The notes beneath the pieces are model-generated. The model searched no databases. It was not told the DNA's origin and saw nothing but the letters and a program-made list of their open reading frames with translations. Both the position numbers and the translations under genes were made by a program. Shown here piece after piece: positions 49,696-61,605 of a DNA stretch of 64,000 bases. Source of the stretch: Haliotis cracherodii (taxonomy: Eukaryota). Numbering within the stretch: the first letter of the stretch is position 1; every line of letters starts with the position of its first letter. The DNA lies in assembly GCF_022045235.1 (NCBI RefSeq), contig NW_027266285.1, positions 2,976,001 through 3,040,000 of the forward strand, in the 5' to 3' direction.

Positions 49696-52600
49696 AACGG
49701 AAGTCATGAGCAACGATTCCCGGCATGGGATGCCATAACCCACGATAAGTCAGGTAACTAAGCCTGAACACCCGGTGTCCTTTAGTCGACTCTGACGGCT
49801 CTCATTGCAACCTCGGACATGGTCTTCTCACATGTAACTGGTACACACGCTGCTAAGATGACGTCACATGACGTCACGTGACTTACAAAGCTCTATGACG
49901 TAATCCCACCAATGTGATTTGCACATGGTATAGCTGAGTTGGTCCTGTGTCTTGCCCACGGCCAGGAGTGTGGCGTTCTCGGACAAGTGGTCCACGTTTA
50001 CGGCTGTCCATGCTGCCATGTAGCCGATGACCACGATGATGATGACGGTCAGGTACTTCAACAAGTCTTTGTCCCTCACGTGCACTCGGTGGGCTTTTCG
50101 GGACTGGAATTCGGCTAATATTCTGTAATGAAACGCGTATGGTATCTCAAAAACGTTTATTGGAAAGGATCAAACACTACATAGGAAACATGAGGAATCA
50201 ACATACACGAACGTTGGCCTGTATCAAGTTTTATCATCCAAAACAGGCCCCTACAAGAGATATCACAGGCGTGAGATCAAGTGATATGTCCTAGAAGATA
50301 TCAATGAAACTGCATGACAATGTTTTGCAGACCATTGTAACTTTATTGGTTACCGTGACGTCACAATCAAATGACATCATTATTCTCTGCTCCTGTGGCT
50401 GGTCAGCTGTACTTCTTTACACTCAAGACACTGGCTATTTTTGCTGACAGATTGAAAAAGTTAGAAGAATGACCTCAGATGATAAATGGACTCTCACCCT
50501 CGTGTGTTTTTATATCAAATATATATGCACTCGTCGGAAAAGTCGAAAACTCTTCGGCAAGCCTCTGAGTTTCACATTTTCTTCGACTCGTGTAGATATA
50601 TTTGATATAAAAACACTGGGTGAGCTTCTGTATTTAAGCTCCGAAGACCGCACTCCAATTCAAACTTAGAACCCCAAACCATTATTGCCATTGTCTAACT
50701 ACGAATTTTACGTTCATGCATTTAAACTACCTGTCATAAAAGCTGGGCCAGGTCGTGTACATCAATGTTAGGAAGTGATTATGTTATAAACTCGATTATC
50801 GCTGTTGGGATACGTCAATTGAGATTTAAACACTGTTGGTGTGATTATAACTGTTTATATAACATACCTTAACTTGAAAACATAATTCGTATATAAAAGC
50901 ACAACTTGCAAAAGTAAAGTTGCAGAATGATGATTCAATTTTGAAGTAGATCTACTAATTGCAGGAGAAAATATGAGCAAATTCGTGAACTATATGGATA
51001 TCAAATGTACCCATGTCACTCTTTGCACATTCATATTTTTATGACATATATTAATGACAGGCTTCAAAGAAATGTGTACATCTGCACTGAACATTAAAAA
51101 CATAAATGTACATAAATGCAACACATCGGTGATGATAAATTGCAAAACTGTTTCAGGCCTCTATTCAAAAAAAGTATTTCCTATGAGGCGTATTTAGCCA
51201 TGCACATCTTTCAAGTCTTTATCTAAATTGATCGCATCCAGTGCCTATTAAAACACCTGTTTCTTATTAACATGTTGTGTTAAATATTTTACAGCTATGC
51301 AATATACCTGTTTTCTGAAGACAAATTGTGCTTAAGCCATTTCTATAAATATCCACACACGTTTTTGTGGTCTGTTGACAGCTATTTATCGACTGGATTC
51401 GCCTCACTCTCCGTTCAGCTACGTTTATCAATGGCCGACCGTCGGCGACTTATAGCCATAGCCCAAAATAGTTCAGGAAAACTAAATTTAGTTCATTTAC
51501 GTCAGAGTAAAGCGAGAAAAAATCATTGAAGAAGGTCGCCTTAAGGATAGATATTTGTTTCATTAAAGGTTGGACATGAACAATCTAACGCCCAATATGA
51601 ACTTCATTTGATCGTTGACCCAAGTAAGGTACTTGACCCACTGCTTGCAGCTTAGTATAGTATATATTTCCCATTCTGCTGCCATCATAGAGTAAGTGAC
51701 AGTAATTGAGGGAGTGGGTAAATTATGTTTTAACCTTCTATTAATTTGCAAAGCGAAGTGTTAACTTTATGATGTCCAAATTGATGCGGGTCGTAAACTA
51801 CTGACAGATCTAGAATCATAAGCTGGGTCAACTGGGATTCAAACAAATAACCATGGACCTTCTTTAAAACTTGTAGAAGTTGATGCCACGGTATACGTTG
51901 ATGTAGAAGTTGTTGCCACGGTATAAGTTGATGGAGAAGTCGATGCCACGGCATAAATGGCGCATCCTGTGTATTATATCACACTGCTGTCAACTAGTGA
52001 GTGAGTGAATTTTACTCCGCATTGGACAGTATCACAGTGTGTCAGGAGAAGTGATGCTTAAATTTGTATCAATTGTGTGAAACGTAATCAGCCGAAATAT
52101 TGGATTCTGGGACGATTATAGGTTTCTGGAACACCAATAAAAACATTGTGCACAATGAATTGTAGCGGTGCCCTGTGTCAAAGTGTATCTTTAAAGGCAT
52201 TATTGTAAACGATGATATCTACAAACACCAGCATAGCCAATTGCAATGTTTGAATCACCGTTTTTTGCTATATGTGAGTGAGTGAGTGAGTATGGTTTTA
52301 CGCCGCTTTAAGCAATATTCCAGCCAAATCAAGACGTGGGACACCAGAAATGGGCTTCACACTTTGTACCCATGTCGTGAATCGAACCCGGGTCTTCGGC
52401 GTGACGAGCGAACGCTTTTACCACTTGGCTACCCGACCGCCCCTTTTTGCTTTATGTGAATGCCATAATCAAATTGTTTGATGTATATCGTATGCTATAA
52501 CCGTTGCAATCAAACATACAATCGAAACAGTCAGAGAGGACACTGTTGAAGATCTCCATACAAACAGTACCTGACTTAAGAATTATATGCTTAAAGACCA

Positions 52601-55600
52601 TAACGTTACATTTTACAATTCAATTAAATGATTTAAACCAGCAGCTATGTGTAATCGATTGCTAAATTTCAAGATTGCATACAATAGTGCTATCAATATT
52701 TGATTGGGACATGTAAAACTCAATCGGAAAACGACGGATTTGTCTTTTTGGGGCGTCACATCTTTCACTCACTCTCGGATGGAGTAAACCTAGTGTGAGT
52801 GAGTTGGGTACGGTTGGTTTGTTTAAGGGAGGATGTAAACCACTTGGGCGGGTCGTGAACGTTCACACGGCTTTGTGTGGTGCTGACAGACCGAGGATCA
52901 GATTCGTGGTGAATCTAGAGTTCAAACCCCGATCACTTTTTCATTGGAACTTCAGGACAACATTCTTCACAGGGACTTGCTGAGTCCTATGCAAATGACG
53001 TCGCTATATAAGTGCAATAATCTTGGACGCGACGTTAAACCCAATTTCACCTCACCTCACCTCACCTATGCAAATGGACCACCAGCGGCCCTTGAACCTT
53101 GCAGTGCTGACTTCGACTCGAAGAGGCAAAGATCTATAGTTTGATATAAAACATTGAGTGTCTGGATGATGTAGATGATACAAACAATCTGTTGTACATG
53201 GTGGCGCATATGGTAGAAGATTGTGACGATAACGGCCATGCTAATGAATGGATAAAACAGTGGCATGTGATGTGGACAAACATAACTTGGTGACACACCG
53301 ATACATGTACATACAAATGCTCCTACCTGTATACTTTTAATACTAGGGCCCCATACACTATAGCAAATCCAACCTCTCTAAACCAAGGAACCATTATACA
53401 TGTTAGCGTCGTAGGTTCGAAGTACTGTATTACCACCTGAAATAGAAACAAAAACTTTACAATCACAGGTTATACATGACAGTGTTTTATAGAATATGTG
53501 ATTGGTGAACTCGGTGCAGTGGGAATGTAAGTGAAATGATACTGCAAAAACATGCTTACGCTTCAACGCTGTACTACAACACAGTGTCTTCTGTTCGCGT
53601 TTGGAGGCAAATGATATCACGGACACTCATATAAACATCGATGACATTCTATGTTACATATAATGATGAAAGGAATAATAATGATTATGAAAATGATGAT
53701 GATGATGATGATGATTACATAAAATCTGCAAGGACACTTAAGCACATAGATATGCATCACAGATGAATGATTAACTAAATAAACAGGTCAAATGCTTTAC
53801 ATAGTTATATACTTTTATAACTAATCCATCAACCAAAGCGATGGCCCTGAAAATTGGAGTACCTCTACTACCCACGTGATGATATTAATTATGAAAATAA
53901 TAGTCTATTTTATTTAAACGTAGTTGTGTAATTCGAGATTAAATATACCGCTTTCGTTGATTACAGGGTGCAAGTATTTCTTATGTTTTATAATTTAATA
54001 TCGGTCTAATTAAATAAAACAACACAGACTGTACTCGTGAACAGCCAGGCTTTGTTATGCAGATAAACATCATAGCAGTACACAGATATATGTACTGTAG
54101 GTACATCGTCGTGCTAGAATGGTTAATGGGCGCAAGCAGCTGTGCTCTCTCAGCTAGAAGCTGATGTTGGATAATGGTCACATGACATCCAACACTCAGC
54201 AACAAACAGACCCCCCGCCCCGGGGTTTTCTGATGACTTCACATGTGGATAATACCGTGAAATCAATGACTTAACAGGCCTGTTATGTTTACCGCCAGTT
54301 TGTGGTGACAGTCAGTCAGGCTGACACAAACAACGTGTCAACATCAACAGCTGTATAGAACCATAATGGGATATGCATCTTCGTCTGGCAATAATTTCAG
54401 TTATGTCATATGGTTTTACCTGTGCAAAATAATGCGAGTGACTATTTGGAGACATATATCTCCCATCAGGTTATACTGCTCCCCTAGTCTCCAACGTAAT
54501 CCGTATCTTGTAAAGGCAGTGTCAGTTACTATAACACTCGGGAATAAAATGCACAGTGTTAGTGAAACTGAAAAGTCATTTTTACTTTTTTTTAAAACCA
54601 AATGTCAAATAAACTTATTCATATTATTTGTTCATTTTTAGATGTTATTTTAAGAAGATCGTATAAGTAAGTACGTCGAACCCGTGATGAGCAAACACTA
54701 TACTACCCCGGGGCCCCATAGATAAAAAAATAACAAACATTAATGAAACGTTAAAAAAATAAATATAAAACAATATATGACAGATTATCATAATCTAAAT
54801 ATTCAATGCGAAGAATGGTATTTAATGTGGTTCTGACGTATGCTATGGTCTGGAGGACACACACACGTCAACATTCACATGCACCTATGCTATATAACAG
54901 CTGTAGCTGTGGGTTTATTTATTGACATTTCGAAGTCATCATATAATTTGGGCTTGCATGATCCTGTTTTGAGGTTAAACTGTATGACATGTTTCGTAAC
55001 TGATCATGAGGTTTAATAGACAGGAGGGGGATTCAGTTGAAAACAGGAAGAGATTTTTTTTTAAAGTTTTCATTTATTATTTTATTAATACGATATGGAG
55101 TATTAAACAGAGGTCACATGACTGTTTATGATATGTAACTCCTCTTCATGTTTTAAGCTGTTAAATATTACATTTGACTTCAGCGTTGTATCCACAAAAG
55201 GCATTCGTGTGAATACAACACACAAGAAAGTGTTATTTTACCTCATACACAACCGTGTGTTTCCATATAACATCCTCCGTATTGATTACAATAAATTACA
55301 CAAACCAAAGGCACTAATTAGGTTTGTTTAACAATGCACACTTTGATCGTGTCGTTCCTATATGCACACGCAAGGATGGTTGGAACATGGAAGAGATCGG
55401 CTTCACTGGTTGTACGTACGGATATTAGTCAAGGCCCTCGGCAAACAGACAAATGTCATGGTGGTTCCTAGTTTAAGGCCGGATAGAGCTATCACTTAAG
55501 CACTCCTCTACATGTCTTCAGGGTAGCAATTAAGCACTGTACAACCGAGTACAAACCGTATGAATTACTTCGGGGACAAGTTATATGTTTTGTAGGGTAA

Positions 55601-55972
55601 GATCTTACGTAAGTATTGCATGACTTCTCGTTTATTGAATAAGCATTTGACTTCAACAACATTACGTGTGCCAATCTATGATAAATGACATTTATCGCCA
55701 AATAAGACAAATATTCCTGTATGTGACGAACGATCTGAAACATAATGTTAGTATAACTTGTGTATTCGTAACAACGTGTGGGACAGTGATCGTGTAAAAT
55801 TTCAGCTTTAAAGAGGAACGACCAGGCACACAAGCGTCCCTGCGCGCTACTAAGTTTGAGATGAGGTGTGGCTGACATGAAATAAACGTGTGTGGATACT
55901 CACTGTTGCGTATAAGAGTAAGGCTCCCACTAATATCATCTCTAGTAAAATCCACATGCTGGAGCGCATGAC
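39724..55972 (-). CDS. GPR158: Class C orphan GPCR, GPR158/GPR179 family (CG31760-like); TM2 to C-terminus in 7 exons, 5' part outside the window
   Basis: Phase-consistent exons give SMWILLEMILVGALLLYAT-VVIQYFEPTTLTCIMVPWFREVGFAIVYGALVLKVYR-ILAEFQSRKAHRV...CKSHWWDY...EFLFLCFGVYLCYCVRSAPSDYSE...LHPDYMF...LILGPK...MDPEDIRAELKRLYTQLQ...RKDNPHISKRR, which are hallmark GPR158-family motifs. The symbol is family-level only. Confidence 0.9.
40560..40739 (-). CDS. GPR158-like exon (proximal C-tail)
   Basis: tctgtttcAG|LWYAHRPLDDDHMRNRAYSQSDVQDSIAPETMKLNVGISSNGDVDVGEISLAEMDPEDIR|GTTGGT. Confidence 0.88.
40740..44105. repeat. 51-bp minisatellite, ~66 copies, intronic, with a 1273-bp higher-order duplication
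   Basis: Unit ~CTGAAACAGATATGACGTGTACACCAGTCAGTTGATAATCTGAACACATGG; period 51 (40773 to 40824); identical ORFs at 41845-42120 and 43118-43393. Confidence 0.97.
44876..45062 (-). mobile_element. SINE family 3 copy (related copy at ~26020-26170)
   Basis: gtcagctcaatgtgggatg...tcttagacgt...gtgaaaccca...atcgggatgaagcgggattcga shared with 26050-26170; GAGT tail. Confidence 0.65.
45797..45962. mobile_element. Tc1/mariner (Tigger/pogo-like) MITE remnant
   Basis: aaaactcgtttataacgaa... with internal ttataacgaa subrepeats and a degenerate inverted end ttcgttaaccgtagtttactg. Confidence 0.55.
46322..46427 (-). CDS. GPR158-like exon (TM7)
   Basis: cttgcAG|HLWWYTLHPDYMFLMSFLRCQLTVTVVLLLILGPK|GTAAGT. 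Confidence 0.92.
47162..47336. other. Assembly gap
   Basis: Run of N. Confidence 1.
47814..47952 (-). CDS. GPR158-like exon (TM5-TM6)
   Basis: tgtttcAG|SEFLFLCFGVYLCYCVRSAPSDYSERRCISVAICYEAFFSTIFYIL(K)|GTAAGT. Confidence 0.92.
48646..49360. repeat. 46-bp minisatellite with internal hairpin, ~15 copies
   Basis: Unit GTATGTAGACATACGACTGGTATGTCTCTTTACTTGTATCTAGCGA; period 46 (48661 to 48707). Confidence 0.95.
49545..49760. repeat. (CTA)n microsatellite plus a tandem duplication of a ~70-bp SINE-like segment
   Basis: (cta)n-caacggaagtcatgagcaacgattcccggcatgggatgccataacccacgataagtcaggtaacta occurs twice. Confidence 0.85.
49887..50122 (-). CDS. GPR158-like exon (ICL2-TM4-ECL2)
   Basis: attacAG|ILAEFQSRKAHRVHVRDKDLLKYLTVIIIVVIGYMAAWTAV...CKSHWWDYVIEL|GTAAGT. 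Confidence 0.93.
50228..50633. mobile_element. Non-autonomous palindromic element (copy 2, inverted relative to 20150-20503)
   Basis: gcagaccattgt...ggttaccgtgacgtcacaatcaaatgacatca...ctcaccctcgtgtgtttttatatcaaatatat / atatatttgatataaaaacactgggtgag. Confidence 0.75.
52274..52443 (-). mobile_element. tRNA-derived SINE family 1, full length, with TSD
   Basis: (GAGT)n tail, gaatcgaaccc (B-box reverse), ccacttggctaccc (A-box reverse); flanked by tttttgct(a/t)tatgtga on both sides. Confidence 0.9.
53327..53436 (-). CDS. GPR158-like exon (ECL1-TM3)
   Basis: atttcAG|VVIQYFEPTTLTCIMVPWFREVGFAIVYGALVLKVY(R)|GTAGGA. Confidence 0.93.
55904..55972 (-). CDS. GPR158-like exon (TM2)
   Basis: atttccAG|VMRSSMWILLEMILVGALLLYAT|GTGAGT. 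Confidence 0.9.
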
Positions 55973-57263
55973 CTGGAAATAAATAGAAATAGTTAATGAC
56001 ATAAAGGTCAAAATATGTGACTGCCATCAAATGGTTACAGGGAATAAAAAAGTAGTAGTATTACATATGTAGGAGTAGTAAGTTGTTTATTTAAGTGTCA
56101 CACGGACTTGAACATGTAAAACATACATGATATATACATATAAAATACAGTGCGTCGAGCCACAAATTGGCCTAAGAGACACTATATTCAAATTATACAA
56201 ACAAAATAATTAAATAAATAAAATATATATTTAATGATAATTAATTTTGTCACAATGAACTTTTGCGACTTTCACCGAGTTTCCAAACAATGTTAAATCC
56301 TAATAAGGATTAACGTTGTATAAGGTCGACAGCAAAACAAAGAAATAACCTTGGGCTATTTCCGCATTCAATGACGTCATGACCCGCAACAATAGTTGTG
56401 TTTTCGTCCCGATGGCTCCTCGACGTGGGCCATCCTAGTGGACAGGCGTGGGAGGTGTAAGCAGGCACTTAGAAGGAGCCAGTGCTCAGTTAACATCCCG
56501 AGTTATTCTTTTTCCACAAATTGTCAACATTAAATCTAAAATTAGCAGGTTAATATCACCAGCAAAGTGTTGACTGTGAGGTTTTCAAATTTCTCTTCCG
56601 TAACGAATTATGACGTAAAAACTCGTATTTCATGCCACACAAAACTTTGTCAGAAGTGGTTCACAAAATTAGATCACCGTATTTCTCCACCAGTAAATTA
56701 TGTCTGAATGTACAACAGAGGGTACCTAGTGACTTTGCTGCCCGCAGCTATATGCTGCCTGGCTGTGTATTTGGTTCAGTGCAGCCTGTAAGCATGGACA
56801 GTATTGTATAACCTAATACATACAAACTGTTAATGGTGCACTGCACATCCTTCGTAGTTACACCCAGAACCTTTCAGACACCCCTCGTACTTAAAATGTA
56901 AGGAAATGATTTGAATTTGTTTTATCAGATGTAATGAGATGTGACATCAAGATGTTATTAATCTACATTTACTAGTTTTGGTCAGTTTAGAATGTATTAT
57001 TCAGATTGAATTATTTCATATAGTTGTTGGTCGTTAATTCAGCTGATGTCAGGGTAACCTGGGGCGGAGACAAACGTGACTTGTATCACTCTCTACGTAC
57101 ATGGGTCCTACTACTACTACTACTAATACTACAACTAATACTACTACTATTACTACTAATATGTGACAGTACCCTATGCTTAGCCTCTGTGTGGGAACAG
57201 ACACTGCCATATGAATTATTGTATACTTGTATACATCGAGATTATTACTTCAACAAAGATTTC

Positions 57264-59970
57264 TGTAATTAGTCAACACTGATGACTGTACTGTGTCAAC
57301 AATGAAGTCTGTAATTAATTAACGATGATGTCTGTACTGTGTCAACAATGAAGTATGTACTATGACAAAAAATGGTGTCTGTACTATGACAACAATGATG
57401 TCTGTACTATGTCAACAATGATGTCTGGAGTATGTCAACAATGAAATCTGTACCATGTTAACATTGGTGTCTGTACTATGTCAACAATGATGTCTGTAAT
57501 TAGTCAACAATGATGTCTGTACTATGTCAACAATGATGTCTGTACTATGTCAACAATGATGTCTGTAATAAGTCAACAATGATGTCTGTACTATGTCAAC
57601 AATGATGACTGTACTATGTCAACAATGATGTCTGCACTACGTCAACAATGATGTCTGTACTATGTGAACATTGGTGTCTGTACTAAGTCAACAATGATGT
57701 CTGTACTATGTCAACAATGATGTCTGTAATTAGTCAACAATGATGTCTGTAATTAGTCAACATTGGTGTCTGTACTAAGTCAACAATGATGTCTGTACTA
57801 TGTCAACAATGATGTCTGTAATTAGTCAACAATGATGTCTGTACTATGTCAACAATAATGTCTGTACTATGTCAACAATGAAATCTGTACCATGTCAACA
57901 TTGGTGTCTGTACTATGTCAACAATGATGTCTGTAATTAGTCAACAATGATGTCTCTACTATGTCAACAATGATGTCTGTAATTAGTCAACAATGATGTC
58001 TGTACTATGTCAACAATGAAGCCTGTACTATGTGAACATTGGTGCCTGTACAATGTTCACAATGATGTCTGTAATTAGTCAACAATGATGTCTGTACTGT
58101 GTCAACAATGATGTCTGTAATTAGTCAACAATGATGTCTGGACTATGTCAACAATGAAATCTGTACCATGTCAACATTGGTGTTTGTACTAGGTCAACAA
58201 TGATGTCTGTAATTAGTCAACAGTGATGTCTGGACTATGTCAACAATGATGTCTGTACTATGTCAACAATGATGTCTGCACTACGTCAACAATGATGTCT
58301 GTACTATGTCAACAATGAAGCCTGTACTATGTGAACACTGGTGTCTGTACTAAGTCAACAATGATGTCTGTACTGTGTCAACAATGATGTCTGTACTATG
58401 TCAACGATGATGTCTGTAATTAGTCAACAATGATGTCTGTACTATGTCAACGATGATGTCTGTAATTAGTCAACAATGATGTCTGCACTACGTCAACAAT
58501 GATGTCTGTACTATGTCAACAATGAAGCCTGTACTATGTGAACATTGGTGTCTGTACTATGTCAACACTGATGTCTGTACTGTGTCAACAATGATGTCTG
58601 TACTATGTCAACAATGATGTCTGTAATTAGTCAACAATGAAGCCTGTACTATGTGAACACTGGTGTCTGTACTAAGTCAACAATGATGTCTGTACTGTGT
58701 CAACAATGATGTCTGTACTATGTCAACGATGATATCTGTAATTAGTCAACAATGATGTCTGCACTACGTCAATAATTATGTCTGTAATTAGTCAACAATG
58801 ATGTCTGTACTATGTCAACAATGATGTCTTTAGTATGACAACAGTGATGTCTTTACTTTGTCAACAATGATGTCTGTAATTAGTCAACAATGATGTCTGT
58901 ACTGTGTCAACAGTGATGTTTGTACTTTGGCAAGGAGTATGTCTGCAATTAGTCTGCATTGGTGTCTGTACTAAGTCAATAATAATGTCTGTACTATGTA
59001 AACAATGATGACTGTGCTGTGTCAACAATGTTGTCTGTAATTAGTCAACAATGATGTCTGTACTATGTCAACAATGATGTCTGCACAATGTCAACAATGA
59101 TGTCTGTACTATGTCAACAATGAGGTCTTTACTATGACAAGAATTATGTCTGTAATTAGTCAACAATGAAGTCTGTACTATGTCAACAATGATGTCTGTA
59201 ATTAGTCAACAATGATGTCTGTAATTAGTCAACAATGATGTCTGTACTATGTCAACAGTGATGTCTGTACTTTGTCAAGAAGTATGTCTGCAATTAGTCA
59301 ACATTGGTGTCTGTACTAAGTCAATAATAATGTCTGTACTATGTCAACAATGATGTCTGCACAATGTCAACAATGATGTCTGTACTATGTCAACAATGAG
59401 GTCTTTACTATGACAAGAATTATGTCTGTAATTAGTCAACAATGAAGTCTGTACTATGTCAACAATGATGTCTTTACTATGTCAAGAAGTATGTCTGCAT
59501 TTAGTCAACAATGAAGTCTGTACTATGTCAACAATGTTGTCTTTACTATGTCAACAGTGATGTCTGTATTATTTCATCAATGATGTCTGTACTATGTCAA
59601 CAATGATGTCTTTACTATGACAACAGTGATGTCTTTACTATGTCAACAATGGTGTCTGTACTATGTCAACAATGTTGTCTTTACTATGTCAACATTGATG
59701 TCTGTACTATTTCAACAATGATGTCTGTACTATGTCAACAATGATGTCTTTACTATGACAACAGTGATGTCTTTACTATGTCAACAGTGATGTCTGCATA
59801 ATGTCAAAAGTGAAGTCTATACTATCTCAAAAAAGATGTCTGTACTATGTCAACAATGTTGTCTTTACCATGTAAACAGTGATGTCTGTACTTTTTCAAC
59901 AACGATGTCTGCACAATGTCAACAATGATGTCTGTAATTAGTGAATAATGGTGTCTGTACTATTTCAACA
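57264..59970. repeat. 23-bp minisatellite, left arm (~117 copies)
   Basis: Unit GTCAACAATGATGTCTGTA(CTAT/ATTA); period 23 (57481 to 57504). Confidence 0.96.
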
Positions 59971-59974
59971 GTCG

Positions 59975-61259
59975 TACGCCGACGACACAGTCTTATTTGC
60001 CGACAACGCACCTGAACTTCAAAAGTCCCTGATTCATTTCACAAATATTGCAAAAAATGGAAATTAGAGGTAAACACCTGCAAAACTAAAATATTAATAT
60101 TTGCATCAGGCACCAAAATACCCCAGATTTGAAGTTTCATTTTAACTCCGTTGATTTAGAAATTGTAAATAGCTATGTCTATCTTGGTTCCATCGAAACC
60201 GTCGTTTTGTATGTGTAATTAAAAACCTCGCTGACAGAGCTACAAAAGCCATGTTCTGCTTATTAAACAGAGCACGGAATTTAAATCTACCTGTTCATTG
60301 CCTTCTCAAAGCCTTTGATGTTCTAATCTTGCCTATTCTAACCTATGGTTGTGAAACTTGGGGATACGAAAACCATTCAGTATTGGAAAGAGTACATTTG
60401 AAATTCATTAAACTTGCCTTCAATCTTAGAAACTCAACATCCGATTAAATGTTGTATGGTGAATTTGGGAGATTTCCAATAAGTATACTCATATATAAGA
60501 GAATGATCTCGTTTTGGCACAACCATATAAGTAATAATCGACCTATTATAAAATGTTCAACCCTAATACATAAATTATATAAATAATATTAATAACAATA
60601 GAAGCAACTTGGTAGATTCCATTAAGAGCTTATTAAACAGGTGTGGTCTTTCTGTAGTTTTTAATCAACCGGATTCTGTAAGTCACGGCTGGTTAGTCTA
60701 AAAAATTGAAAACATTTTAAAAGATCAATTTATTCAAAAATGGCATGTCGATTTAATTACAAGCTCCAAAGCTTGCAACTATAGAATTTACAAAACAAAT
60801 TTCAAACTTGAACAATATCTTCTCTTATCATCAGAAATCTTTACTCCAATTTTAAAATTAAGAACCCTAAATAATAATTTACCTATTGAGACTGGCCGCT
60901 GGGAGGGAATCCCACGCGAATATCGCACATGTAAGCTTTGTACCTCCGCTGCCATAGCCGACGAGTTCCACTACCTCTTTAGATGTGAATATTTTGACCA
61001 GCAAAGAAAAACATTAATTGATAATAGATATCTAAACTGGTCAAACATTATTTCCTTTAAGCATTTGATGTCAAATATGAGAACTTACAATCTTAAAAAA
61101 ACTGTCTAAATTTGTAAAAAATATTACTTTCTGCACTAAAGTAAAGCACTGTTGCCATTTGATCACATTGTATTTTTGCATATATGTATGCTATTATGAT
61201 GCTCATATACCACCGGTCGGCGGTTTGAGTTAATAAAGAACTTGAACTTGAACGTGAAC
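59975..61259 (+). mobile_element. 5'-truncated LINE retrotransposon (RT C-terminal half), inactive, inserted in the 23-bp satellite
   Basis: Starts at YADDTVLFADNAPELQ, then YCKKWKLEVNTCKTKILIF, AFDVLILPILTYGCETWG, YGEFGRFP, LPIETGRW, RTCKLC, IADEFHYLFRC; frameshifts and stops; ends aataaa(gaactt)n. Confidence 0.9.
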
Positions 61260-61605
61260 AACGATGTCGGCACAATGTCAACAATGAGGTCTTTACTATG
61301 TCGCGAATTATGTCTGTAATTAGTCAACAATGATGTCTGTAATTAGTCAACGATGATGTCTGTAATTAGTCAACGATGATGTCTATATTATATCAACAAT
61401 GATGTCTGTAATTAGCCAACAATGATGTCTATATTATATCAACAATGATGTCTGTAATTAGTCAACAATGATGTCTATATTATATCAACAATGATGTCTG
61501 TAATTACTCAACAATGATGTCTATATTATATCAACAATGATGTCTGTAATTAGTCAACAATGGTGTCTGTACTATGTCAACAATGATGTCTGTAATTTTC
61601 AACAA
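61260..61605. repeat. 23-bp minisatellite, right arm (~15 copies)
   Basis: Same unit resumes after the LINE. Confidence 0.93.
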
